From assembly GCA_017626095.1 (NCBI GenBank), contig JAGAJL010000013.1:15974-79973 (forward strand): DNA of 64,000 bases, given 5' to 3'. Position numbers and translations under genes: made by a program. This document shows positions 10,792 to 19,912 of this stretch, in pieces. The stretch is from Lachnospiraceae bacterium (GTDB taxonomy: Bacteria > Bacillota > Clostridia > Lachnospirales > Lachnospiraceae). Every line of letters starts with the position of its first letter. Position 1 is the stretch's first letter. The notes beneath the pieces are model-generated. The model was given only the letters and a program-made list of their open reading frames with translations, was not told where the DNA came from and ran no database searches.

Positions 10792-11014
10792 AAAATAACA
10801 CAGCACCTCCATGGATATTTTCCTTATTTTGCCAAAATCAAAATCCATATTTACCGTTTTCCAAAAGGTTTGTGATATATTATAAAAATTGGCATCATAC
10901 TTTTTTTGATAATGACGATAATAAATAAAGAAGACAAGAATACTACGGGACATGTAAAAAACAAAATAAAATAAATAAGAGCATTTTTAAATATTAAATT
11001 ATACGTGATTGTGA

Positions 11015-11169
11015 AAATATATCGATGATATAACCATCGATCAGGCACGAAGCCTTAGACAACCCATAAGGGTCATAATGTGAATTTGATTTGCTTTAAA
11101 GAATTCACTAACAATTAATAAGAAACTCTATGCCTCCTTTCCTTACGGATTGTCCCGGAAGCATCTTGT
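11015..11169 (-). ncRNA. Candidate small RNA or structured leader, divergent from mecA
   Basis: TTGTCA-N17-TATAAT at 11204-11176, four short stems, ending in an ATCGATG/CATCGAT hairpin followed by T-rich sequence. Confidence 0.35.
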
Positions 11170-11366
11170 GGTTACATTATATCTGCATTGTTTCTTTTTG
11201 ACAATACGCTTTTTAAATTTTTGGTAATGTTGCACAAAATAAGTAAAGTGCTAAAATCAGGAAATCTTAAATTTTTTTAAACTGGCACTTGCCTCTCTTG
11301 ACTTAATAAACTATACATTATAAGATACATTTACAATTTTTTCGTATGCAGTAAGGATGTGATAAC

Positions 11367-12140
11367 ATGAAAATCGAAAAAATTAATGACAATCAAATTC
11401 GCTGCACACTTACACATAGTGATTTGGCAAACCGCGAACTGAAAATCAGTGAGTTAGCTTATGGTAGCGATAAAGCAAAATCTCTTTTTAAAGATATGAT
11501 GGAACAGGCTTCTTATGAATTTGGATTTGAAGCTGATGATATTCCGTTGATGATAGAGGCTGTCCCAATCAGCTCAGAATGTATCGTTCTGACTATTACC
11601 AAGGTAGAAGATCCGGAAGAACTGGATACGCGATTTTCCAAATTTGCACCTTCTGTTCACGAAGACAGTCAGTCTGCAGAAGAAGCCGATGATATCTCTG
11701 ATATTTCTGAAGAGGTTATGGATTTATTTCATAAGATTCAAAAATCAGAACGCGATTTTGTGAGTGATGTTAATAAAAACAACACGCTCCCCGCAACACC
11801 GGCAGATACCAAAGTATCAAAAGAAGAGTCGGAAAAAGTCAAAACGGTTGAAGCATGTATTTTTTCTTTCGAAAGTCTTTCCCTTGTCATCCGATTTGCA
11901 CATGCCGTAAATAATTTTACCATTTGCAAGAATTCTTTATATAAGGATAAAAAAAAGGATGAATACCATTTGATAATCTTCAACCATGAAATTGGCGTGC
12001 AGGAATTTAATCAGCTCAGCAATGCCGCATCAGAGTATGGTCATCTGTTAAAGAGTATGTCGCATACAGAGACTTATTATAAAGAGCATTTTGAACCGAT
12101 TGTCGAAAATCATGCTTTGCAGTCACTGGGCACTGTGTAA
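11367..12140 (+). CDS. mecA: ClpC adaptor protein MecA
   Basis: MKIEKINDNQIRCTLT..DL..R, PLMIEA, SEYG, EHFEPI; TTGACT-N17-TAAGAT promoter at 11298. Confidence 0.9.
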   Translation: MKIEKINDNQIRCTLTHSDLANRELKISELAYGSDKAKSLFKDMMEQASYEFGFEADDIPLMIEAVPISSECIVLTITKVEDPEELDTRFSKFAPSVHEDSQSAEEADDISDISEEVMDLFHKIQKSERDFVSDVNKNNTLPATPADTKVSKEESEKVKTVEACIFSFESLSLVIRFAHAVNNFTICKNSLYKDKKKDEYHLIIFNHEIGVQEFNQLSNAASEYGHLLKSMSHTETYYKEHFEPIVENHALQSLGTV

Positions 12141-12176
12141 AAATTGAGCTATATTCAGTTCATTATTAACAAAGCG

Positions 12177-12215
12177 TAAAAAAGGCTGTACCGGTTATCC
12201 GGCACAGCCTGATTT
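12177..12215. terminator. Terminator between convergent mecA and DUF1858 genes
   Basis: AAAAAAGGCTGTACCGG-ttat-CCGGCACAGCCT. Confidence 0.7.
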
Positions 12216-12231
12216 ATTGTCTTAACAAGGA

Positions 12232-12423
12232 TTATATACTATTAATCTTTGCCATCAATTCATCAATATCAATTCCATGAACCGCTGCAGCTTCTTCCAA
12301 TGTTTCCATTTGGGATGCCGGACAGCCTAAACAGTGCATTCCTGCTTCCAGTAAAACCGGAACAACATTTTGGTCTTTCATAAGAATTTCACCAATTGTC
12401 ATGTCTTTTGTGATTTCTGCCAT
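12232..12423 (-). CDS. DUF1858 domain protein (hybrid-cluster-protein-associated redox domain)
   Basis: [11 protein letters not shown]...[25 protein letters not shown]; AAGGAGG RBS. Confidence 0.85.
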   Translation of the reverse strand: MAEITKDMTIGEILMKDQNVVPVLLEAGMHCLGCPASQMETLEEAAAVHGIDIDELMAKINSI

Positions 12424-12565
12424 TATCCACGCCTCCTTAATAATTGGTCTTATTTCTGCTTTAGTATAACCTAATCCCATTTTTTTATCAATGTTCATAT
12501 TATCTAAGTGTCAGAACTGTTTATTTAAACTGTTAATACGGACATTTTATAGGAAAGATTATAAA

Positions 12566-13156
12566 CTAGTTTTCTTCTGCAATTTTGCAAATGATATCCA
12601 CACAGGTATCAATGCCTAAAGAAGAGCTTTTTAATGTCAGATCATAATAATCCGCATTTCCAAACTCGGTATTGGTATAGTAAGTACAGTATCTTCTTCT
12701 TGCCTTGTCCACAGACTTCATTTCTTCCAAAATTTTGCTTTCGGAATATTCGGGCATCTGTTGTTTTAGATTTTTCAGACGGAAATACTGGGATGCCGCA
12801 ATAAAAACATGCAAAGAATAATCAAATTCTTTTAATATCACATTGGCATTGCGCCCAACGATGACACATTTTCCCTTTTCACCTACTTTTTTAATGGCAT
12901 CTCTTTGTGCCGCAAAAAGCTTTTCGTTTAAGGGTTTGTTGTAAAAATCAAACAGACTCTGTCCCAGTCCGAAGTTGTGGGGGACTTTTTCGTCGTACAT
13001 TCTGAAATCTTCCGGTGTCAGATCCGAAGCCTCCATAGCAGAACGAATAATCATATCTTTATCCAGATAATAATATCCCAGTCTTTCTGCTACCGCCTTT
13101 CCGATTTGTCCACCGCCGGCTCCAAATTCCCTGCTGATTGTAATGATCTTTTTCAT
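12566..13156 (-). CDS. Cytidylate kinase-like family protein
   Basis: ITISREFGAGG, CVIVGRNA, YDLTLKSS. Confidence 0.85.
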   Translation of the reverse strand: MKKIITISREFGAGGGQIGKAVAERLGYYYLDKDMIIRSAMEASDLTPEDFRMYDEKVPHNFGLGQSLFDFYNKPLNEKLFAAQRDAIKKVGEKGKCVIVGRNANVILKEFDYSLHVFIAASQYFRLKNLKQQMPEYSESKILEEMKSVDKARRRYCTYYTNTEFGNADYYDLTLKSSSLGIDTCVDIICKIAEEN

Positions 13157-13205
13157 AGGCACACGCTCCTTTCTGTTCAAGGAAAATAAGTCCATATTGC
13201 TACAT

Positions 13206-13949
13206 TTATAAAACTTTATTTAGGAAATTGATCGTTCTTGGTTCCTTCGGATTTAGTAATACTTCCTGAGGGGTTCCCTCTTCAACAATATATCCGCCAT
13301 CCATAAATATGACTCTGTCCGCAACTTCCCTTGCAAATCCCATCTCATGAGTGACAATTACCATTGTCATGCCGTCTGCTGCAAGTTCCTTCATAACCTG
13401 TAATACTTCTCCGACCATTTCCGGATCAAGTGCTGATGTCGGTTCATCAAAAAGCATAATATCCGGTTGCATACAAAGTGCTCTCGCAATGGCAATACGC
13501 TGTTTTTGTCCACCGGACAGCTGACTGGGATAACTTTCTTTTTTCTCAACCAGTCCGACTTTATCCAACATTTTCAACGCACGCTCTTTTGCTTCTTCTT
13601 TTGAACATTTTTTCAACATATTCGGTGCAAGTACCAGATTGTCCAAAATATTCAAATTATTAAACAGATTGAAATGCTGGAATACCATTCCAATATTTTC
13701 ACGTACTTTATTGATGTTGGTTTTTTTACTTGTGATATCCATATCATCCACGATAATCGTACCGCCGGAAGCCTCCTCTAAACGATTTAAGCATCTTAAG
13801 AAGGTGGATTTTCCCGATCCGGAGGGACCGATTACAACAACCACTTCTCCTTCATAGATATCAGTTGAAATATCCTTTAGTACTTCAAGACTGCCGAAGT
13901 TCTTTTTCAGATTTTTGACATGTATTTTTACGTTTTTATCTTCCAACAT
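13206..13949 (-). CDS. Polar amino acid ABC transporter ATPase (GlnQ-like)
   Basis: [36 protein letters not shown]. Confidence 0.95.
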   Translation of the reverse strand: MLEDKNVKIHVKNLKKNFGSLEVLKDISTDIYEGEVVVVIGPSGSGKSTFLRCLNRLEEASGGTIIVDDMDITSKKTNINKVRENIGMVFQHFNLFNNLNILDNLVLAPNMLKKCSKEEAKERALKMLDKVGLVEKKESYPSQLSGGQKQRIAIARALCMQPDIMLFDEPTSALDPEMVGEVLQVMKELAADGMTMVIVTHEMGFAREVADRVIFMDGGYIVEEGTPQEVLLNPKEPRTINFLNKVL

Positions 13950-14607
13950 TTAATCTCCTTTCCACAACCTTTGCACTTCTTGAAAGGATTGTAATCACGA
14001 TCAGATACATGATACCGACAATTGCCCAAGTCTGGAATGACATGAAGGTATTTGCCTGTACATTTTTTGCCGTATTAACCAGTTCCGGAAATCCAATAAC
14101 AGATAGAATCGAAGTATCCTTTAATGTAATGATAAACTGATTGATGAAAGTAGGAATCATGGTACGAATCGCCTGCGGAAGGACAACCTTTCTCATAGCC
14201 ATACCATAAGAAAGTCCCAGTGAACGTGCTGCTTCCATTTGTCCTATATCTACAGACTGAATACCGGCTCTGATAATCTCAGCCATATACGCGCCACAAT
14301 TTAACGCCAGACAAATGGTACCTGCTTGAAGTGCAGTCAGAGTTACATTAAATCCGCCAATAACATTGTTAAAAAGATAAGGCATACCAAAATAGACAAA
14401 AAATGCCAGTACAATCATCGGCACACCTCTGATAACGTCTACAAAAATCTGGGAAAAAATATTACATGCCTTATTTTTTACAACACCAAGCATTCCAAAA
14501 ATCAATCCGATGATACAGGCAAAGAATAAACCAAGCAACGCCAAAAGCAGCGTTCTTCCCATTGCAGCCAAAAGCATACTGCCATATACTGTTATAATTT
14601 TTACCAT
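13936..14607 (-). CDS. Polar amino acid ABC transporter permease
   Basis: [34 protein letters not shown]. Confidence 0.95.
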   Translation of the reverse strand: MVKIITVYGSMLLAAMGRTLLLALLGLFFACIIGLIFGMLGVVKNKACNIFSQIFVDVIRGVPMIVLAFFVYFGMPYLFNNVIGGFNVTLTALQAGTICLALNCGAYMAEIIRAGIQSVDIGQMEAARSLGLSYGMAMRKVVLPQAIRTMIPTFINQFIITLKDTSILSVIGFPELVNTAKNVQANTFMSFQTWAIVGIMYLIVITILSRSAKVVERRLNVGR

Positions 14608-14735
14608 AGTCTTTTCCTTTCCGTATTTTACTCTTATACCTATTGTATACTATATTTTACAAAAATGAAAGACGCCAGAGCGGGCGTTTCACCCCGTCTG
14701 GCGATCTTTTTCCTGTCATATGAATTTCTATCGAA

Positions 14736-15599
14736 TTATTCACCAAGATATTTCGCTAAAATTTCGTCATATGTTCCGTTTGCCTTGATGTTTGCAAGAC
14801 CTGCGTTGAACATATCAACAAGTTCCTGATTATCAGCATTGAAAATAGCAAAACCATACTGTGCAGGTTCATTTCCTGTACCATCAACCAATTTCATTGC
14901 AAGACCACTGTCTTTGATATTGGCTGCCATAATCGGAGTATCATCAAATACAGCTACTACCTGACCGCCGACAACTGCCTGGTACATAGTAGGTGAATCT
15001 TCAAAATATGTGATTGTGAAACCATATTCATCAACAAGGCTTTCTGCATAAGTAGCACTCATAGAACCTGTCTTAACTGCTACTGCTTTTCCGGAAAGAC
15101 CATCAAATCCTGTAATATCAGAAGATTCTGCTACAGCCATACACTGATTTGCATCATAATATCCGTCTGAGAAAATCCAGCCTGATTCTTTACGTTCATC
15201 TGTAATAGATGCACCGGCGATCATACCATCTGCCTGACCGGCCTGACATGCTGCGATGGAAGCGTCCCAACCAAGTGACTGAAGTTCATATTCAAATCCC
15301 TGATCTTTAGCAATAGCTGCAAGAATGTCTACGTCAATACCAACAAATTCTCCGGCATCATCCGTATACTCGAAAGGTTTAAATGCAGTATCTGTTGCAA
15401 TTACCCATTTCTTGCCTGTTGTTTCCTCTGCAGTTTCTTCGGTTGCAGCCTCTTCTGTTGCTGTTTCCTCAGTAGTTTCCTCTGCAGTTTCTTCTGCTAC
15501 TGCAGGCTCCTCTGTCTTTGCTTCTCCTGTACTACCGCATCCTGCAAGGCTGAATACCATAGTTGATGCAAGAAGTACTGCCAATAATTTCTTTTTCAT
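14736..15599 (-). CDS. Polar amino acid ABC substrate-binding lipoprotein (SBP_bac_3)
   Basis: Lipobox LAGC, acidic E/T/A linker, TDTAFKPFEY, GIDVD. Confidence 0.92.
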   Translation of the reverse strand: MKKKLLAVLLASTMVFSLAGCGSTGEAKTEEPAVAEETAEETTEETATEEAATEETAEETTGKKWVIATDTAFKPFEYTDDAGEFVGIDVDILAAIAKDQGFEYELQSLGWDASIAACQAGQADGMIAGASITDERKESGWIFSDGYYDANQCMAVAESSDITGFDGLSGKAVAVKTGSMSATYAESLVDEYGFTITYFEDSPTMYQAVVGGQVVAVFDDTPIMAANIKDSGLAMKLVDGTGNEPAQYGFAIFNADNQELVDMFNAGLANIKANGTYDEILAKYLGE

Positions 15600-15740
15600 A
15601 ACTAATTCTCCTCTCTTAGTTTAAAAATTTTTCAGTCAGTTTCAAAAGATTGCCGGATTAATATCCTGAAACAATATTTAAAACTGCTAAATATATATCA
15701 ACAGCCTAAGCTGTGATAATCATTATTTATTTCCAAATAT

Positions 15741-15772
15741 CTGGTACAATGGTTTTAAAATAACTTCACCAT
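15741..15772. repeat. Terminal remnant of palindromic repeat family B
   Basis: CTGGTACAATGGTTTTAAAATAACTTCACCAT matches the family B end at 48489 (reverse complement) at 29/32. Confidence 0.65.
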
Positions 15773-15821
15773 TTCAACGGTCTGTCTTTATCTATATGCG
15801 CACCAACCAGTTGCGCACCAT

Positions 15822-16532
15822 TTAATTTTTACATGCATCCACAAATGCCTGAACCAGTTTTACACTGTTTTCATTTACCTGATAGGAAAATTCCGGATGC
15901 CACTGGACTCCTACAGCAAATTTCTGTCCTTTCACAGAAATTGCCTCCACCAGACCATCTTCTGAAACAGCCATAACTTCTGCCCGCTTAGCCGGACTTT
16001 TTACAGCCTGATGATGATAACTGTTTACCTCAATGGTTCCTTCTCCCAAAATCTCTGAAAGAATTGTATTTTCCACGATGCGTACCTTATGAGCGGCGAC
16101 ATCATAGGGCGGTTCCATATGGTGTTCTACCGTACTTTCATACTCGGTAGGCAGATCCTGATATAAATCACCGCCTAAATATGCATTCATAAACTGAATT
16201 CCACGGCAGATACCAAATACCGGTTTATCATCGGAAAGTGCCATATCCAGAAGAATACTCTCCATGGTATCTCTGTCCTTACACGGAATACCACATTTTT
16301 CGGATGCTTCTTTTCCATATACATAAGGACCGACATCATGCCCTCCGGTCAGCAAAAGACCATCACACAATGCATATGCTTCTTTCAGTTCCTTCTGATC
16401 TGTTGACAAAGGAAGCATAATCGGAAGTGCTTTGCACTCTTCGAGTACCTTCATATATCCCGGCAACATCCAATAACTCTCTTTTTCATCATCATATAAT
16501 GGTATCAAACCAATAACCGGTCTCATCTTCAT
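15822..16532 (-). CDS. Gamma-glutamyl-gamma-aminobutyrate hydrolase family (peptidase C26, glutamine amidotransferase-like)
   Basis: LLTGGHDV, GICRGIQ, VNSYHHQAV, GVQWHPE. Confidence 0.9.
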   Translation of the reverse strand: MKMRPVIGLIPLYDDEKESYWMLPGYMKVLEECKALPIMLPLSTDQKELKEAYALCDGLLLTGGHDVGPYVYGKEASEKCGIPCKDRDTMESILLDMALSDDKPVFGICRGIQFMNAYLGGDLYQDLPTEYESTVEHHMEPPYDVAAHKVRIVENTILSEILGEGTIEVNSYHHQAVKSPAKRAEVMAVSEDGLVEAISVKGQKFAVGVQWHPEFSYQVNENSVKLVQAFVDACKN

Positions 16533-16597
16533 CACTTCCTGCAAAACATCTTTCCATTAAGGCACATTTGAATGAAAGATATTTTAATCATTGAATC

Positions 16598-16692
16598 AAT
16601 AATAAGAAAGGCGTCTGCTTCTATTTACCCATAAAGCAGACGTCTTTGTCTTCCATGTGTTACACTATACAATTATTTTTTTTGAATTGCAA
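16598..16692 (-). promoter_or_regulatory. Sigma-A promoter plus candidate leader-peptide attenuator for the C26/ABC operon
   Basis: TTGCAA-N17-TATAGT (16692-16664); leaderless ORF 16656-16621 (MEDKDVCFMGK) overlapping a 14-bp terminator-like stem (16647-16607). Confidence 0.5.
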
Positions 16693-16924
16693 CTGTTTTT
16701 TGTTTCAGTTCATATTAATTTCATATTTTTCATGCCTTTTTCCGGTTATCATGGGGGCAAAATACCTTTTGACCCCATAATATTATGTACTATTAATATA
16801 CCGGTTGCAAAAGGTCCATGTTATCTCTCATACTATATTTAGTTCCCCTTATCCTTTATTTTGTGTTATTTCTAAAAAGCCTTAAAATACCGCTTTTTGT
16901 TTGTAAAAAAGTACAACACTTTGC

Positions 16925-16954
16925 TTGACGTATTTTGACCTTATAACCTATAAT
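16925..16954 (+). promoter_or_regulatory. Sigma-A promoter of pflB
   Basis: TTGACG-N18-TATAAT upstream of the AGGAGG RBS. Confidence 0.55.
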
Positions 16955-17039
16955 TGAGCCATGGGAATAGCATAATTTCATGTGCTACTTAAACGGATTT
17001 ATCCGTAAAAAAATAATATTTATAGGAGGCATTTCAAAA

Positions 17040-19079
17040 ATGAGACCCGAATGGACAGATTTTGTAACTGGCAAATGGGACAAAGAAGTCAATGTCCGTG
17101 ACTTCATCCAGAGAAACTACACACCTTATGACGGTGACGAAGCTTTCTTAGCTGGCCCTACTCAAAACACAAAGGACTTATGGAATCAGGTACTTGATTT
17201 ACAGAAACAGGAGCGTGCAGCAGGTGGTGTTCTTGATATGGATACCAAAGTTGTTTCTACCATTACTTCTCATGGTCCCGGTTACCTTGATAAGAGCAAA
17301 GAAACAATCGTTGGTTTCCAGACTGACAAACCTTTCAAACGTTCTTTACAGCCTTACGGCGGTATTCGTATGGCAGAGAAAGCTTGCGCAGATAACGGCT
17401 ACACTGTAGATCCTGAAATCTCTGAGTTTTTCTCTACACACAGAAAAACACACAACGCAGGTGTATTTGATGCATATACTCCCGAAATGAGAGCTTGCCG
17501 TACAGCTCATATCATCACAGGTCTTCCGGATGCATACGGACGTGGACGTATCATCGGCGACTACAGACGTGTTGCATTATATGGTATTGACAGACTGATT
17601 GAAGACAAAGAAGACCAGAAAGCTTCTACAGGACGTGTTATGACAGATGACGTTATCCGTCTTCGTGAAGAAATTTCAGAGCAGATTACTGCATTAAAGA
17701 TGATGAAACAGATGGCAGCTTCCTACGGATGCGATATCTCCAAACCCGCTGCTAACGTACAGGAAGCTATCCAGTGGACATACTTCGGATACTTATGTGC
17801 AGTTAAAGAGCAGAACGGTGCTGCTATGTCTCTTGGACGTACCTCTACATTCCTTGATGTTTACGCAGAAAGAGATTTAAAGAACGGTACATTCACAGAA
17901 GAACAGATTCAGGAATTCGTTGATCACTTCATCATGAAATTACGTTGCGTAAAATTCGCTCGTACACCTGAGTACAACCAGATTTTCGCCGGTGACCCTG
18001 TATGGGTAACAGAATCACTTGGTGGTGTTGGTATCGACGGACGTCCGTTAGTAACAAAGATGTCTTTCCGTTACTTAAATACATTAAACAACTTAGGTGC
18101 TTCTCCTGAACCGAACTTAACAGTTCTTTGGTCAACAAGATTACCGGAAGGCTGGAAGAAATTCTGTGCTAAGATGTCTATCAAGACTTCTTCAATCCAG
18201 TACGAAAACGATGACTTAATGAGAGTAACACACGGTGATGACTACGGTATCGCTTGTTGTGTATCTTCTATGAGAATTGGTAAAGAAATGCAGTTCTTTG
18301 GCGCACGTGCTAACGTTGCTAAATGTTTGTTATACGCATTAAACGGTGGTATCGACGAAGTAACCAAGAAACAGGTTGGACCGAAATATCGTCCTGTTAC
18401 CGGTGATGTTCTTGATTATGATGACGTAATGGAAAAATTCACTGACATGCTTGAATGGCAGGCAGAAGTTTATGTTAATACTCTGAATATCATCCACTAC
18501 ATGCATGATAAATACTGCTATGAAAGAGCTCAGATGGCATTACATGACAGAGATGTAAGACGTTACTTTGCAACAGGTGTTGCCGGTCTTTCTATCGTTG
18601 CTGACTCTTTATCCGCTATCAAATATGCAAAAGTTGAAGTAGTTCGTGATGAAGATGGAATCATCGTTGACTTCAAGACAACCGGTGACTTCCCGAAATA
18701 TGGTAATGATGATGACCGTGTTGACTCTATCGCACAGGAAATCGTACACAAATTCATGACAGCTATCAGAAGACATCATGTATACAGAGATGGTTTCCCG
18801 ACAACATCTATCTTAACCATTACATCTAACGTAACATACGGTAAAGCTACAGGTAACACACCTGATGGACGTAGAAAAGGACAGCCTTTCGCTCCCGGTG
18901 CTAACCCGATGCACGGCCGTGATACTCATGGTGCAGTTGCTTCCTTATCTTCTGTATCAAAACTTCCTTTCAACGATGCACAGGATGGTATTTCTAATAC
19001 ATTTACCATTATCCCCGGTGCTCTTGGAAAAGATGATCAGGTATTCGCTGGAGATATCGAAGTTGACTTAAGCAAATAA
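17040..19079 (+). CDS. pflB: Pyruvate formate-lyase catalytic barrel, naturally lacking the glycyl-radical domain
   Basis: [22 protein letters not shown], active-site [17 protein letters not shown]; ends ...[21 protein letters not shown] with no RVSGY. Confidence 0.95.
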   Translation: MRPEWTDFVTGKWDKEVNVRDFIQRNYTPYDGDEAFLAGPTQNTKDLWNQVLDLQKQERAAGGVLDMDTKVVSTITSHGPGYLDKSKETIVGFQTDKPFKRSLQPYGGIRMAEKACADNGYTVDPEISEFFSTHRKTHNAGVFDAYTPEMRACRTAHIITGLPDAYGRGRIIGDYRRVALYGIDRLIEDKEDQKASTGRVMTDDVIRLREEISEQITALKMMKQMAASYGCDISKPAANVQEAIQWTYFGYLCAVKEQNGAAMSLGRTSTFLDVYAERDLKNGTFTEEQIQEFVDHFIMKLRCVKFARTPEYNQIFAGDPVWVTESLGGVGIDGRPLVTKMSFRYLNTLNNLGASPEPNLTVLWSTRLPEGWKKFCAKMSIKTSSIQYENDDLMRVTHGDDYGIACCVSSMRIGKEMQFFGARANVAKCLLYALNGGIDEVTKKQVGPKYRPVTGDVLDYDDVMEKFTDMLEWQAEVYVNTLNIIHYMHDKYCYERAQMALHDRDVRRYFATGVAGLSIVADSLSAIKYAKVEVVRDEDGIIVDFKTTGDFPKYGNDDDRVDSIAQEIVHKFMTAIRRHHVYRDGFPTTSILTITSNVTYGKATGNTPDGRRKGQPFAPGANPMHGRDTHGAVASLSSVSKLPFNDAQDGISNTFTIIPGALGKDDQVFAGDIEVDLSK

Positions 19080-19097
19080 TGAAAAAGGGTGATTGTT

Positions 19098-19298
19098 ATG
19101 GACGAAAATGCAATGATTGATGATTTAATTCGTCAGCTTGACGGTGGAATGTCAAAAGAAGTCGGACATGTAAATGTAGATGTTAATTCTCTTACAGCCG
19201 GCAAAAACGTAGAAACCATGGGATGTGCGGACTGCTCTTCCAATCCTCTTGCATGCAGCGTTCCGACACTTCACGAAGGTTTGGATGGCGAAGAATAG
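19098..19298 (+). CDS. 66-aa protein resembling the N-terminal half of the glycyl-radical subunit, with a Cys-rich tail
   Basis: AAAGGGTGA RBS; ungapped 25-aa similarity to the next gene; GCADCSSNPLAC motif; same frame as pflB. Confidence 0.75.
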   Translation: MDENAMIDDLIRQLDGGMSKEVGHVNVDVNSLTAGKNVETMGCADCSSNPLACSVPTLHEGLDGEE

Positions 19299-19377
19299 AC
19301 CGTTACAAACTTTCCAAACAACGTAACATTACAAAATGTAACATTACAAATTATGAATTAATAGGAGGTAATTAATT

Positions 19378-19623
19378 ATGGCAGACGCTAGTACAGCTCA
19401 GGTAGACAACTTAGTAAACTTATTAGATGGTTATGCAACAAAAGGCGGACATCATTTAAATGTTAACGTATTAAACAGAGAAACATTATTAGATGCACAG
19501 AAAAATCCTGAGAACTATCCTCAGTTAACAATCCGTGTATCAGGATATGCTGTTAACTTCATCAAATTAACACCTGAACAGCAGGCAGACGTTATCAGCA
19601 GAACATTCCATGAATCAATCTAA
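19378..19623 (+). CDS. grcA: Autonomous glycyl radical subunit (GrcA-like; the separated PFL C-terminal domain)
   Basis: [37 protein letters not shown]; strong TAGGAGGT RBS. Confidence 0.93.
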   Translation: MADASTAQVDNLVNLLDGYATKGGHHLNVNVLNRETLLDAQKNPENYPQLTIRVSGYAVNFIKLTPEQQADVISRTFHESI

Positions 19624-19644
19624 TTGATACGATTATGAATGGTG

Positions 19645-19682
19645 ACAACCCTTTGGTTTTTTCCAAAGGGTTGTTTTATTTT
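19645..19682 (+). terminator. Intrinsic terminator of the pflB-orf-grcA operon
   Basis: ACAACCCTTTGG-tttttt-CCAAAGGGTTGT followed by TTTATTTT. Confidence 0.85.
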
Positions 19683-19912
19683 AGAAGGAATGTGATATAA
19701 TGATATACAAGGGTTATAAAGCAGAATTCATTTCTGCTTGCAGAAAAATGATTTCTGCTTTTTTAACCCACTCACACATGAGCATGTAGTGATTTTCTTT
19801 AGAAAATTAGTGGAATGCTAATGTGTGTAGAATTGCGGGAGTTGCTACAGGCAACGAAGCAATTCGAGCAACGGAGCAATTCGTGGAAGAAATCAAGAAA
19901 AGAGGAACGAAC

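Noticed and set aside
15415-15520. E/T/A repeats in the ABC binding protein
   Set aside because: Ordinary low-complexity lipoprotein linker.
16850-17039. ZTP (pfl) riboswitch or Rex box upstream of pflB
   Set aside because: No ZTP consensus, and the palindrome is 16 bp rather than the 18-bp Rex spacing.
19074-19100. Stop read-through or selenocysteine insertion fusing pflB to the small ORF
   Set aside because: Two consecutive stops (TAA TGA), an independent RBS and no evident SECIS hairpin.
17040-19623. pflB as a pseudogene or frameshift artefact
   Set aside because: Both parts have intact motifs and their own RBS, with double stop codons, an intervening ORF and a shared terminator; a single-base error cannot explain this.
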